64,000 bases of DNA, taken from contig NC_081380.1 of assembly GCF_030684315.1 (NCBI RefSeq), positions 29,943,951-30,007,950 on the forward strand, read 5' to 3'. Below are positions 51,185 through 64,000 of the stretch, one piece after another; position 1 is the first letter of the stretch; each line of letters begins with the position of its first letter. The translations under genes were made by a program, and so were the position numbers. Source of the DNA: Stegostoma tigrinum (Eukaryota). Below the pieces are notes generated by a model. That model worked only from the letters and a program-made list of their open reading frames with translations. It did not search any database and had not been told where the DNA came from.

Positions 51185-52560
51185 GATAATTATAGACCAG
51201 TGAGCCTTACCTCAGTTGTTGGCAAAGTGTTGGAAAAGTTTTTATAAGGGATAGGATGTATAATCATCCAGAAAAGAATAAATTGATTAGGGATAGTCAG
51301 CACAGTTTTGTGAAGGGAAGGTCGTGCCTCACAAACCTTATTGAGTTCTTTGAGAAGGTGACCAAACAGGTAGATGAGAGTAAACCGGTTGATGTGATGT
51401 ATATGGATTTGAGCAAGGCGTTCCATAAGGTTCCCCTCAATAGGCTATTGTACAAAATGCAGAGGAATGGGATTGTGGGAGATATAGCAGTTTGGATCGG
51501 AAATTGGCTTGCTGAAAGAAGACAGAGGGTGGTAGTTGATGGGAAATGTTCATCCTAGAGACCAGTTACTAGTGGTGTACCGCAAGGGTTGGTGTTGGGT
51601 CCACTGCTGATTGTCATTTTCATAAATGACCTGGATGAGGGCGTAGAAGGATGGGTTAGTAAGTTTACAGACGACACTAAGGTCGGTGGAGTTGTGGATA
51701 GTGACGAAGGATGCTGTAGGTTGCAGAGAGACATAGGTAAGCTGCAGAGCTGGGCTGAGAGGTGGCAAATGGAGTTTAATGCAGACAAGTGTGAGGTGAT
51801 GCACTTTGGTAGGAGTAACCAGAAGGCAAAGTACAGGGCTAATGGTAAGATTCTTAGCAGTGTAGATGAGCAGAGAGATCTCGGTGTCCATGTACACAGA
51901 TCATTGAAAGTTGCCACCCAGGTTGACAGGGCTGTTAAGAAGGCATACAGTGTTTTAGCTTTTATTAATAGAGGGATCGAGTTCCGGAACCAAGAGGTTA
52001 CGCTGCAGCTGTACAAAACTCTGGTGCGGCCACACTTGGAGTATTGTGTACAGTTCTGGTCACCGCTTTATAAGAAGGATGTGGAAGCTTTTGAAAGGGT
52101 GCAGAGGAGATTTACTAGGATGTTGCCTGGTATGGAGGGAAGGTCTTACGAGGAAAGGCTGAGGGACTTGAGGCTGTTTTCATTAGAGAGAAGAAGGTTG
52201 AGAGGCGACTTAATTGAAACATATAAAATAATCAGAGGGTTAGATAGGGTGGTTAGGGAGAGCCTTTTTCCTAGGATGGTGACAGCGAGCATGAGGGGGC
52301 ATAGCTTTAAATTGAGGGGTGAAAGATATAGGACAGATGTCAGAGGTAGTTTCTTTACTCAGAGAGTAGTAAGGGAATGGAAGGCTTTGCCTGCAACGGT
52401 AGTAGATTCGCCAACTTTCGGTACATTTAAGTCGTCATTGGACAAGCATATGGACGTACATGAAATAGTGTAGGTTAGATGGGCTTGAGATCGGTATGAC
52501 AGGTCGGCACAACATCAAGGGCCGAAGGGCCTGTATTGTGCTGTAATGTTCTATGTTCTA
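51185..52560 (+). mobile_element. 5'-truncated young CR1 LINE in tmigd1 intron
   Basis: 294-aa open RT C-terminus (51589-52473), nearly identical to the 3' part of the 35545-39760 element; gttctatgttcta tail. Confidence 0.95.
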
Positions 52561-53419
52561 GTGTTTGCTATAGTCAGTGTTAAAGTCAGTAGATGTTATG
52601 AATGCATCTGAGTAACATCACATTGAATTGAATCTTTTGCAGTAGTTTTGTTTCTGCTACTGCTTTGAATATGTATTAAAAGTGTGCCAAGTTTATATAG
52701 CTTGTAAAAGTCAGCCAAGTCTTGTTTACAAAAACCTACAATTCATAAATATATAGTTTCAGTAATTCAATAACATAGCAAAAGCTTCATTCATTGCGTT
52801 TTTCAAAAATGTGATTTGTACCAATCCCCTCACTAGAACTATTAATTATAGTCATGTATAGTAAAGCCAAGTATAATGATATTGTTGGTCACCTATGTTA
52901 TATATATATGGGTTGGTAAGTAACAAGGATACATGGCAAGAACAGCATGATTTCAGATCAGGTTATGAATGACTACATAACATCTCTGCCTCACAGATTA
53001 ATAACACAGAAATTCATTGTGCCCAATAGGATTGGTACTTGTGTGACACCAACAAAATTATTATTAGACATTATTATAGATACTGTGGTTATAACAAACC
53101 CATACCTTTACAATGACTAGAAGAACTCCCATCTAAGAGGATCTGAAAAATTTAAGCATTGAAAGGCTGATTTACTCCATGGCGCTCATCTTTCCTACAC
53201 TCTAATTCAGTCAGTCTAGAATGCAGCTATGTTTTGAATGCCTGAATGCTTTTGAAGTTGTTTCCCCTTACCTGGTAGATTATATAAAACATTTATTGGG
53301 TTGTGAATAATCCATTTTTCTCCAAAGCTATCAGTTTGTGAATGGTTTTGTTGCTCCTGTGTTAAACAGTCAAATAATTGAATCACCAAACAGAGTTGCT
53401 TGATGCATATCATTAGTAT

Positions 53420-54020
53420 GAACATAGGAACAGGACAAGGTCATTCAGCCCCTTGGGCCTGTTTGATTAATGATCAACAATGATCTGTGGCCTAGCACCA
53501 TATACCTGTCTTTGGCCCATATCCCTTAATACCTTTGCTTAGCAAAATTTATCTCAGTTTCAAAATTAACAACTGCTCCAGTATCCACTGCCATCTATGG
53601 AAGAGAGTTCTAAACCTTTACCACCCTTTGTGTGTAGACGTACTTCCTAACATCTCTTCTGAATGGTCTGGCCCTAATTCTCAGACTATGTCCCCTAGTG
53701 CTAGAATCTTCAACCACTGGAAATAATTTACCTTTATCTACTCTGACTTTTCCTATTTATATCTTGAACACTTCAATCAGATTACGCTGTAACTTTCTAA
53801 ATTCCAGAGAAAATAGGCCTAATTTATATAACCTTTTCTTATAACTTAACCCCTGAAGACCATGTATCATTCTTGTAAACCCACATTACTGCCCTCCAAG
53901 ATCAATATTTCCTTCGTAAGGCATAGTGCCCAGATCTGCTCATTATATGCCAAATGACTTTTGTATAATTGGCGCATAACGTCTGCATCCTTATATTCCA
54001 GTCCTCTAGATCTAAAGATC
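53420..54020 (-). mobile_element. Old CR1 3' fragment (appears to continue at about 55230-55560)
   Basis: Reverse-strand CR1 3' end, plus FADDTK remnant (tgtgtcatcagcaaa) near 55470. Confidence 0.6.
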
Positions 54021-54185
54021 AGGTTTCCTGATTACTTTAAAAATAAACAACAAAAGAGCTGCGGATGCTGTCAATCAGAAACAAAACCAGAAGTGTTGGA
54101 AAAATTCAGCAGGTCTGGCAGCATCTGTGGAGAGAAATCAGAGTTAATGTTTTGGGTCAAGTGACCCTTCCTCAGAACCTGATCA

Positions 54186-54885
54186 ACACCTCCGCTTGGT
54201 TCGCAACAAACAACTGCACCTCCCAGTCGCAAACCATTTCAACTCCCCCTCCCATTCCTCAGACAACATGTCCATCATGGGCCTCCTGCAGTGCCACAAT
54301 GATGCCACTTGAAGGTTGCAGGATCAGCAACTCATATTCCGCTTGGAAACCCTGCAGCCCAATGGTATCAATGTGGACTTCACAAGCTTCAAAATCTCCC
54401 CTTCCCCCACTGCATCCCAAAACCAGCCCAGTTCGTCCCCTCCCCCGACTGCATCACACAACCAGCCCAGCTCATCCCCTCCCCCCACTGCATCCCAAAA
54501 CCAGCCCAGCCTGTCTCTGCTTCCCTAACTTGTTCTTCCTCTCACCCATCCCTTCCTCCCACCTCAAGCCGCACCTCCATTTCCTACCTATGACCTCATT
54601 CTGCCTCCTTGACCTGTCCATCTTCCCTGGACTGACCTATCCCCTCCCTACCTCCTCACCTATACTCTCCTCTATACCTACCCTGTTTTCTCTCCATCTT
54701 CAGTCTGCCTCCCCCTCTCTCCCTATTTATTCCAGTTCCCTCTCCCTATCCCCCTCGCTGATGAAGGGTCTAGGCCCGAAATGTCAGCTTTTGTGCTCCT
54801 GAGATGCTGCTTGGCCTGCTGTGTTCATCCAGCTCCACACTTCGTTATCTTGGATTCTCCAGCATCTGCAGTTCCCATTATCACC
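54186..54885 (+). mobile_element. Truncated Penelope-like element nested in an older inverted pLTR pair
   Basis: QQLIFRLETLQPNGINVDF; TSD tcctcagaac (54169-54178 / 54886-54895). Confidence 0.9.
54758..54785 (+). ncRNA. Minimal hammerhead ribozyme motif with one C-to-T change in stem III
   Basis: CTGATGAAGGGTCTAGGCCCGAAATGTC. Confidence 0.65.
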
Positions 54886-54994
54886 TCCTCAGAACTGTTC
54901 ACTTGATCCAAAGCATAACTCTGATTTCTTTCCACACGTGCTGCCAGACCTGATGAAGTTTTCCAGTAATTTAGTTTTGTTTCATGATTACTTT

Positions 54995-55230
54995 ATGGAC
55001 CTGTCTTTAGTGATTGGAATGAGGTCAGCCAGGTGGACCTCATAAACAATGAGTTCTCTGATTGGGGCTGTTAATCTAATGCAATCAGGGTGTCCTGGTT
55101 GATAGATACAAACATAGATGCCACGGGTTCTGTTCACTCTAGGAGTTGCCTCTGAACTAGCTGGCTCAGTGCATGTACTATGCACATGTAAATAAAGGGT
55201 GATTTGGTGATGGGATATTGACCTTCAGTG
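54995..55230 (+). mobile_element. Probable solo LTR (related internally deleted copy at about 1912-2066)
   Basis: Both copies share tgattgg.gctgtt and gtaaataaa.ggtgatttggt.atgggata, with an AATAAA signal near the 3' end. Confidence 0.5.
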
Positions 55231-56659
55231 CCCATGACATTTTATAGATCTATTTATCTGAACCCCTAAGTGTCTTTTGATATGCACTGTATTAACTTCA
55301 TAACGTTTAGAAAGTACCCCGATCTATCCTTTTTCTCTCCAAAATTGATAACTTTACACTTAGATTGAACTCCATCTACCACAGTTTTGCCCATTCATGT
55401 AGTTTGTCAACATCCCTTTGTAACTTTATGCTATCAGCTATACTCTCCACAATGCTGCCTAACTTTGTGTCATCAGCAAATTTGGATATATGACTTCCTA
55501 TGCCATTTTCCTAGTCATTAATAAATAATGTGAATAATTGAGGCCCAAACATAGGTCCTTACTAACATGATACTTGTACGAAATAAATGGACATGCATTA
55601 AATTGGTGAAACTTAAGACTTGAGTTTTAAAAAACAATTAGAATGAAACCATTCAGGAGTGAAATCAAGTAAACAGTTTCACACAATTGCTAGTAGAATT
55701 CTAGAATTTCTTCCCTTTCTAATGCTAGGGAGCATGCATTTAAGGTGAAAGGTGAAATTCAAAGGATATGAAGGTGGCAAATTTTTTACACAGAGATTGA
55801 CAGGAGTCTGGAATGTACTGCCACGGGTGATACTGAATACAGAAACGATAGGGGCTTTTAAGGGAATTTTAGATAAGCCAATGAATATGCAAGAAATGGA
55901 AGGACATAGAAAAAAGGCTGAATGGATTAATTTAATTTGGCGTCATGATCAGCATAACATCGTGGGCCGAAGGGCCCATTCCTATGCTGTACTGTTCTAT
56001 GTTCTATATTCTAAGAAGGCTTGTGAATGCAGTACTCAATTGAAATTATTAAGAACAAGATTGACAATGTTTTAAAAGAACGGATTATAAAAAGATACAG
56101 ATAAAACTGAATAAATAGTTAAGATGCAGATACATGATCAAAGTGAATGATGAAACAGACTTGAGAAATTCAGCGGCCTATATGTGTTCTGTTTTTCTTA
56201 GAGACAGAAATTGACTGACTGATTTTGGGAAAACAATTTGTGAACAAGCTCCCCATTACTTATCTGTTTTGGGTAAGATAATTGAGAAGCAATTCAAATA
56301 ATACCTTTTGCTGTCCAAAGCTAACTACATGTCTTGTTGACCTAGTGTCTGGAGGCAACACAGGAGGGGATGTATGTATACTTTCTTAATAGAACCAGGA
56401 ACTCTTCACTATCTCAATTAGGGGAAAGCATGTAGTAAATTAAACTTCAATTGGCAGGCTTTAGAAATACAACATTCAGTAATTCAATAGGTTGTGCTTC
56501 AGGATTTGCCATGTATAACCACAACACAAGCATCTATCCAACTGTGGAAAAATGCCCTTTTTTTTTGTCCTGTCAACAAAAAGATGACAAATCCAATCCA
56601 GCCAATTACTAATCCATCAGCTGCACCTCCTTTGAATCATGAGTGAGGTGCTGGAGTTT

Positions 56660-57700
56660 ATTGAAGAGGTAATAGAAAGGGTCAATGAATGTAACGCTGT
56701 TGATGTTGTGTATATGGACTTTCTAAAGTTCATTTAATACAGCACAGACAACAGTCTTATGAAAAAAATTATAGCTTATGGAATAAAAGGGACAGTATTC
56801 ACAAGAGTATAAAATTGGCTGATTGGTAGGAAAGAGAGTAATGGTTAATGAATGTTTTTCAGGCTAGAGGAATGTATGCCATGTAGTTCCCAGTGGTCAG
56901 AATTCAGACTGTTGCTTTCCCTGATATGTTTTAATGATCTAGTTCTTGGTGTGCATGGGACAGTTTTGAAGTTTGCGGTGATATGAAACTTGGAAGCATC
57001 GTAAACTGTGGGGAGGATACTGTAGAATTCCAAAAGTACATAGGTTAATAGAGCAGGCAAATAGTTGGTAGAGGAAATTTAATGCAGAAATGTGTGAGGT
57101 GATGCATTTTGGTAGGAAGAACTTGGACAGAATATAAATCTACAGTTCTTAATGACACATATTTATGCATCATTGAAACTGGCAGGACAGGAAAAGACAG
57201 CCGTTAATAAAGCATACAATATCAAGGTCTTTACTAATTGGGGAATAAAATAAAGGGACAAGGAGGGTAGTCTGAACTTGTACAAGGTACTTGTTAGACT
57301 TCAGCTGGAGTATTGTCTACTGCTGTGGGCACCATACTACAGGAAGGATATAGATGCATTGGTAGAGTGCAGAATACATTTATAAGAATGGCTCCTAGGT
57401 TGAGGTGATTCAGTAGTGAGGATGGATTAGAAAGGTTGAAACTTCTTGGAAAGTTGAAGACGAAGGGAAAATTCATTAGAAGTTTTAAAAATCATGAAAG
57501 GGTGGTATGGAGCAAAGTGTGAGAAACTGTTCCTATTCTTAAAACAATCAAGAACGAGGGAGTACAAATGATTTGCCAAAGTAAAAGAGTGTGATGTGAA
57601 AAAAAAAGCCTTTTCATACAATGGGTGATTTGGGCCTGGAATAGAAATGTGAAGGAGGAACACTCAATCAAAGAAGTATTAGATAATTATCTAAATAGAA
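56660..57700 (+). mobile_element. Old decayed CR1 RT fragment
   Basis: Remnants of [10 protein letters not shown], FNAExCEVMHFGR and LVRxQLEYC coding sequence. Confidence 0.7.
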
Positions 57701-58881
57701 CTAATCTGCAAGTGAATGAGGAAAAAGCTTGAGCGATTGATGCTAGTCTTAAAGGTAATATTGTCATACTCTGACCAGGCCTTAGGAATGCTCTCTCATT
57801 AGAGAGACACCAATGATGGTGGTTTAACTTGAGGTCACCACACCTCAGAGGAGGGAGAGGTTGAGAAGGCGAGTCCTTTATGGCAACTTCATCTGGTATG
57901 GGAATTGAACCCATGCTGTTGACATCATTCTGCACCACAAACCAGCTTGCTTTTGTACATAAATTTTAAAATGTTACAGATCAGATCTACCAAAAATATA
58001 GCACCAAGTTACCCCAGATCAGTAGATGTGTCATACTTTGGAAATCACAGTACTTTAATTAGATTTCTTGTCTTTCTGGAATGCGCATTGCCATTGCATA
58101 CTTAAATAAATTAAATGAGCAAATGTATTTATAAAATTAATTTACAAAAGCATTAGAAAAGGCCATAAGTACAATTAATGACTTAATTTGAGTCTTAGAC
58201 TTCCATTGCAAACTTCAGTATCTTCATTTTGAACTGTGTACCCCTTGGGCAGAATCCCTGGGTGGGAAAAAGAACGGGAAAGAGGGTGTAGCCCTCATAT
58301 CCACAGCAGGAACACCTGACTAGAGTAGGTCTTAACTTGATATGTTCAATGCAGCTGAAATCAGCAAGGGATCTTAAAGTTATGATCGTTATTGACATGG
58401 GAAATTGTTTCTTTAGAAGGTTGACAGTGTGTTTGGCCATATTTCAAATACCAATGGCCATGAATCTCTGCAAGATTCATTAATTTTCCCCCCAAACTCC
58501 TATGAAGAAAACAGTCACAATATTCTACACTGGCAACTTTTGGATGTATTGCATCTCTCCTTATGAGGATGGTATAAAATAGGATTTACTTACAGAATGT
58601 TCTCTTTCTGATATCCTGGGGATGTTTTTCCTTTTCAGGATTGACTACTTAAATCAAATTATCAAATTAACAGTTCTGTAACATGCAACCTTTCATATTA
58701 ATGTATTTCCACATGGTACAAATCTCATTCTGCAATTATTGTGCTAACCCGTGGAACACTTGAAAAACCTTGTCGTGACACAATTATATAACTTAGAGTA
58801 ATGTTTTTGAGCTTATTATTTCCTAAGTCAAATCTTTTATTGTTGCATGCATGTAAAATAATGCCCTTTTTCTTTATCCAG

Positions 58882-59160
58882 ATGTAGACATTGCTATTAA
58901 TGGTATCACAACTGACCACATCATTGTCAGGAATATCTCAGATTTCCTTTCATTAACATGCACAGCAGTCAACAACACCCAGGATGAAGAATTAGTCTGG
59001 TTTCTTGGAGACAGAGTAATTAACTTGAAGTCTATGAATCGGATCAATGTTAGTACTGTCTGCATTGATCCAATTACAGAAAATGATGACGAAGCTAAGT
59101 TCAGCTGCCATTTAAATAAAAACCATAACATTAACACAACTGTGCGCCTGGACATCAAAT
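58882..59160 (+). CDS. tmigd1: TMIGD1-like, first Ig domain exon (gene continues beyond window)
   Basis: tccag|AT...AAA T|gtgagt, phase 1-1, 279 bp; DVDIAINGITTDHIIVRNISDFLSLTCTAVNNTQDEELVWFLGDRVINLKSMNRINVSTVCIDPITENDDEAKFSCHLNKNHNINTTVRLDIK. Shows Ig C/W/C and the TMIGD1-type EELxW...LKSxNxINxSxVC...ITEND pattern. Confidence 0.85.
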
Positions 59161-61389
59161 GTGAGTAACCTACTAATCTTAAGTCGGAAGCACAAAATTA
59201 TTGTTAGGGCGAGGGATAATGTCAATGAAGAAATGAAAAAGGTTTCTAGTTTCCATCCTGTCACAGTACTAATTAGAATGCCATAATAAACTAGCATGCA
59301 GCAAGAAAGAAAATCAGTTTTCATCTAAAAGTTATTGAATTCTACAACAGTAACTGACACACAAATCAAACATCATGATGAATCAGTAAATCAATCATTT
59401 GAAATTTCATTGATTCAGTATTGATATCATGGAAGACAATAGCTGGATCAGACGAGAGGCATGCTATCCACTTTTGGTAATTAGAGTTAAACCTGCAATA
59501 AAGATACACAAGTAAAAAATGAGTTTGATGCCAGGCCTTAAACAAATTAGCTGTGAAGAGTATTTGAGTAAAATGTACAATTGATGCAAAAACAGTGGGG
59601 GGGGGGTGGTAAAGGAGAAAATATATCTCAAATTTTTCCAAAATGTGAATGAAATTATTGGGTTGTAAATAAAGAGAATGTTTTCACAAATTATTTCTAG
59701 AAATAACATAGGTTACTGATGATTATAGTTAAGCAATATCAAGAGCAAATTATAATATATAATCACTACACCAAGGTGAAAATTAGCTTTAATCAACTGT
59801 ATCGAATTTGCCCAAGAATTTTTACACTGGGAAAAGAGGCAAAGTTTACACATGGCAGGAGTTCATGACCCATGTGGCCTACTCAGAGTTCACGTTACAT
59901 GTCACATTCTAAATGGGAGGCAAATCACAATAACAAACTAAAGTGTGATGATACCAGCAATCCCAATATGGACATCTCATTAGATTCTAGCAATAGTCAA
60001 GGACCTTTGAGAACCAATTAACTCAGACTGACACAATGAATTATCTTGTAACTAAATTCTGTTCTAAAAGAATGCTTTATGATATTGCCCACCCTACAAT
60101 AAATTGTACAGATTAAAATAGTCTTTTTTTCATTTTGATGATGCTAGGGATGTTACTGATTTATTCAGGCCCTATATGAGTTGGTATCAACTGAAAAATC
60201 TTTCCAGTTCAGCAAAATCGCTCAGGGTAGCAAAGTTAGTTTCAGAGATTAAAACAAATCAGTGATTCATTGTTGAGGGGGAGGCTACTGTAGAACTCCT
60301 TTGACATTCAGGCAGCGTTTGAGTGCACATTGCTGAGCCCTAGTAAAATTTGAGCCAATGGAAATCAAGGAAAAATCTTTCTGCTGCTTGTGGTCACACC
60401 TCGTCCAAAGGATGGCAGTTGTGGTTGCGGCAATTCAGTCATCTAAGCCCCAGGATATTGCTGCAGAAGTTCGTTAGGGTAGTAGTCTAGGCATCTTCAG
60501 CTGCTTCATTGATAACTTGCCATCTGTCATAAGACCAGAAGTGTGGATAAAAAAAATTAGATAGAAACACAACTATAAGTGGACCTCTTTCTTCTGATTC
60601 TGCTAATCAGCACCAGTCTGTTCATCAACACACTAAGATGCTTAACTTTAAATGCTTCTGAATTAAAAGAATAGTTGATCCCAGTTACAGGAAAACCAGA
60701 TTTATCTGCTACTCTTACTTATCTAACTTTGACCGCTCTTCCAGTGAAGATCATGCAAAATGTTGTGTAAATGTGGGACATTTAGAATTGAAAATGTAGA
60801 TCTCAGTTAGATTTCAATTTCATTTCATCTTGACATTCAATGATATTACCTTCACTGAATCCCCTGCTATCAACATCCTGGAGTTACCATTGGCTAGAAA
60901 CTAAACTGGACTAGCCATATACCAACTGTGACCACAAGGGAAGGTCAGCGGTATTCTATGACAAGTAACTCACTTCCTATCTCCTTAAAGCCTGTCCACC
61001 AGGTACAAGTCAGGACAACAGAATTCTCTCCAATTGCCTGCATGATTGCAGCTCCAAAATTACTCAAGAAGCTTGACATCATTCAGGACAAAGCAGCCCA
61101 TGCAATTGGCAACACATTTACTCTCGTCGCTACTGAATGACAGTGGCGCCAGTGTGTACTGTAATGAATCACCAATGCTCCTTCAACGGCATCTTCCAAA
61201 CTACGGCTTTTACCACCTAAAAGGACAAGGCCAACAGATGCCTGTGACAGCCACCAACCACATGCTCCTCTAAAAGTCACCTTGAAATTTAACCAAATCA
61301 CCATTCTTTCACTGTTGCTAGTTCAAAGTTTACGAACTCACTCCATAACAATTTACTTACCAGCACCCGCCCAAATATGCACGTGCATG

Positions 61390-61394
<5 letters not shown>

Positions 61395-61431
<37 letters not shown>

Positions 61432-61515
61432 CATTTACACACATACATGCACAAACACCACAAACACACATACACACAAATATTTACACATACTTACACA
61501 CACAGACACACAGAG
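61395..61515 (+). repeat. (CA)n microsatellite and CA-rich degenerate tract
   Basis: About 17 pure CA units at 61396-61429, followed by an imperfect CA-rich run. Confidence 0.9.
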
Positions 61516-62914
61516 AGTGCAACGGTTCAGAAGAGGTAAATCATTCTCACCTCCACCAGAATAATTAGGAATGAGCAAAAATGCTGCCCTAGTAAGTGCT
61601 GTTCACACCAAGAAAAAAATTTAGGAGTAAATTTAAGGTTGTGTGCTAGTGTTTTCTCTTGAATGTCCAATATGCAGCTTAGAAACAGAATGAGCACTTT
61701 GTTATATACAATGTGGGATCTTTTGAATGTAATATAATGAAAATTCAAGATATAAATTAGGAGCAACAGTAGGCATTCGACACGTCAAGGTGGTTCTGCC
61801 GTTCAATAAGATAATAACTGATCTGACAATGGCCACAGCTCCACTTTCCTGCCTACCACTGATAACCTGTGATTTCCTTGTTAGTCAAGAACATACCTAT
61901 CTCAGCTTTAAAAATATTAAACGACTCTTCCTCCACTGCTCCTTGGGGTATTCTACATATCAGTGTTTGAAATGCCTATCCACTTAAGACTCAATTGGAA
62001 AGACTCCAGAGGCAATTGAGAGCAGATGATGATCTGTGGACTTTGTATTTAAAACATGCATTCTTCTAACTCCTCTTCCTCTCTCTCTACCTCTCCCTCA
62101 CCTTTGGTGGTCTGCATTGCCCTTGTCAGACATTGATGGCAATTTGATCAATTGGAAACAAGGCTGCTTTAGTGGTGGTGGAGCGAAAATGCTGTTTGGT
62201 TGTCTTTGATAATAGTTCCAGATATTAAAAAAATTGCATTCTTCCCCAGTGGTGACTTGACTTCTGCAAAGGAAAGGGTGGAACCTAGTTTTTGTTTAAT
62301 TCAATCCTGGGATGAGGGACTTGCTGGCCATACCATCATTTATTGCCCATCCCTAATTGCACAGAGGGCAGTTAAGAGTCAACCACATTGCTGTGGGTCT
62401 GGAGTCACATGTAAGCCAGACCAGGTAAGGATCGCAGTTTCCTTCCCTAGAGGACATTAGTGAACCAAATAGGGTTTTTCCCACCAATCAGCAGTGGATT
62501 TGTGGTCATCGTCAGACTGGTAATTCCAGATATTTATTAAATTCAAATTCCACCATCTGCCATGGCAGAATTCAAACCCAGGTTCCCAGAACATTATCTG
62601 AGTCTCTGGATTAACAGTGCAGCAATAATATCACTAGGCCATCACCTTCCCTGAATTTTTGTGCCAAACAATAGATTGACAATAAAACCTCTGTAATTCT
62701 CTGGAAGTCATTTGCTGCCTTATTCAACAACTGCATATTGATTTGTTAAATACCACAAATCTGTTGAGGGGGGGAAAAAAATCTCACCACATTCATTGCA
62801 AATGGATTTTTTTCAACTATTTTTAAACTATGTCCCCTAGTTCTAGCCTCTCCCAGAGGGGGTACATCCTTATCATATCCAGCCTCACAAGTCTCAGAAT
62901 CTTATGAGTTTCGA

Positions 62915-63990
62915 AGAACAAAGAACGGTACAGCACAGGACCAGGCTCTTCAGCCTTCCAAGCCTGCGCCACCACACTTTGTTCTTCCCTACTAAAGCTG
63001 TCTTCACTTACAGGATCTGTATCTCCCTATTCCTTTCCTATTCATGTATTTGTCTAGGTGCTTTATCCATCACCACCTCTGGCAGTGTGTTCTAGGCACT
63101 CACCACCCTTTGTGTGAACTTGCTTCGCACATCTCTTTTAAAATTCCCCCTTGCACCTTGAACCTCTGTCCCCAAAAAATTGAGCCCTCCACTCTGGGGG
63201 AGAAAGCCTCATGGTTTCCATTCTATCCAGGTCAGTCACAATCCTTTAAACTTCTCTTAGCTCACCCCTCAACCTCCTGCATTCCAATGAAAACAAACCC
63301 AGCCTATCCAATCTTTCTTTATCGCTAAAATCCCCCAAACCAAACAACATCCTGTAAAACCTTGTGGTACCAGTGCTGTATGCAATATTCCAAGTGTGGC
63401 CTAACAAAAGTTCTATACAGTTTCAGAATACCTTGTTTATCCGTATACTGTAAACCCGTTCCAATGAAGACAAGCATGCCATAAGCCTTTTTTTAACTAC
63501 GTTATCTACTTGCACCGCCATTTTCAGTGATCTGTAGACCTGCACACCCAGATCCCTCTGCATATCAATACCCCAAAAACTTCTGCCATTCACTGCATAG
63601 TTTCCATGCGTACTTGACCTTCCAAAATACATCACCTCACATTTGTCCAGATTAAACTCCATCTGCCATCTTTCTGCCCATATCTCTAACTGATCCATAT
63701 TCTGCTGCATCCTCTGACAATCCTCCTCATCATCCACAACTCCACCAATCTTTCTATTGTCTGCAGAGTTACTAATTAGACCAGCTACGTATTCCTCCAA
63801 ATCATTCATATAGATCATAAACAGCAGAGGTCCCTGTGGAACACCACCGGACACAAACCTCCATTTCAAAAAGCATCCTTCCACTGTCTCCTGTGACTAA
63901 GCCAGTTCTGTATCAGTCTTGCCAGCTCACCCCGATACCATATGATTTCACCTTTGGTAGCAGTCTACTGAATGAAACTCCCTGTCCAGC
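62915..63990 (-). mobile_element. Decayed CR1 LINE
   Basis: GVPQG...WAERWQMEFNLDKCEVM fragment (ORF 63423-63884). Confidence 0.85.
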
Positions 63991-64000
63991 TTTTCCTTAT

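Noticed and set aside
54065-54802. 245-aa Pro/Ser-rich ORF
   Set aside because: A chimeric off-frame read through nested Penelope sequences and a pyrimidine-rich tract.
14439-54885. Recurrent near-identical short repeats resembling a CRISPR array
   Set aside because: They are dispersed in both orientations with TSDs and have no regular spacers or cas genes; they are Penelope pLTRs.
61282-61568. His/Thr-rich ORFs
   Set aside because: Translation of the CA microsatellite.

Overview
Eukaryotic, AT-rich, intron- and repeat-rich vertebrate DNA, most likely from a shark (inferred from an HE1-type SINE and the CR1/Penelope landscape). I assembled four spliced genes by hand from GT-AG boundaries. 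(1) A complete basic beta-crystallin, crybb1l3-like (minus, 209 aa). (2) A complete acidic beta-crystallin cryba1 (plus, 194 aa), head-to-head with gene 1. (3) A complete 4-exon, 255-aa gene on the minus strand, tail-to-tail with cryba1, encoding an uncharacterised class I SAM-dependent methyltransferase (SAGAGTGYW...DLISFD...LFLAWP...FRGDIILHTGE...LPNWPGHLD). Its motif I is split by an intron, so the ORF track misses it; this is the most novel object here. (4) The first two coding exons of a TMIGD1-like Ig receptor (plus), continuing past the window. The rest is mobile DNA: a near full-length CR1 LINE with splice signals in its 5' UTR, many truncated CR1 copies, SINEs, probable solo LTRs, and numerous Penelope-like elements. 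The terminal repeats of the Penelope-like elements carry minimal hammerhead ribozyme motifs and often occur as small TSD-flanked solo or inverted insertions.
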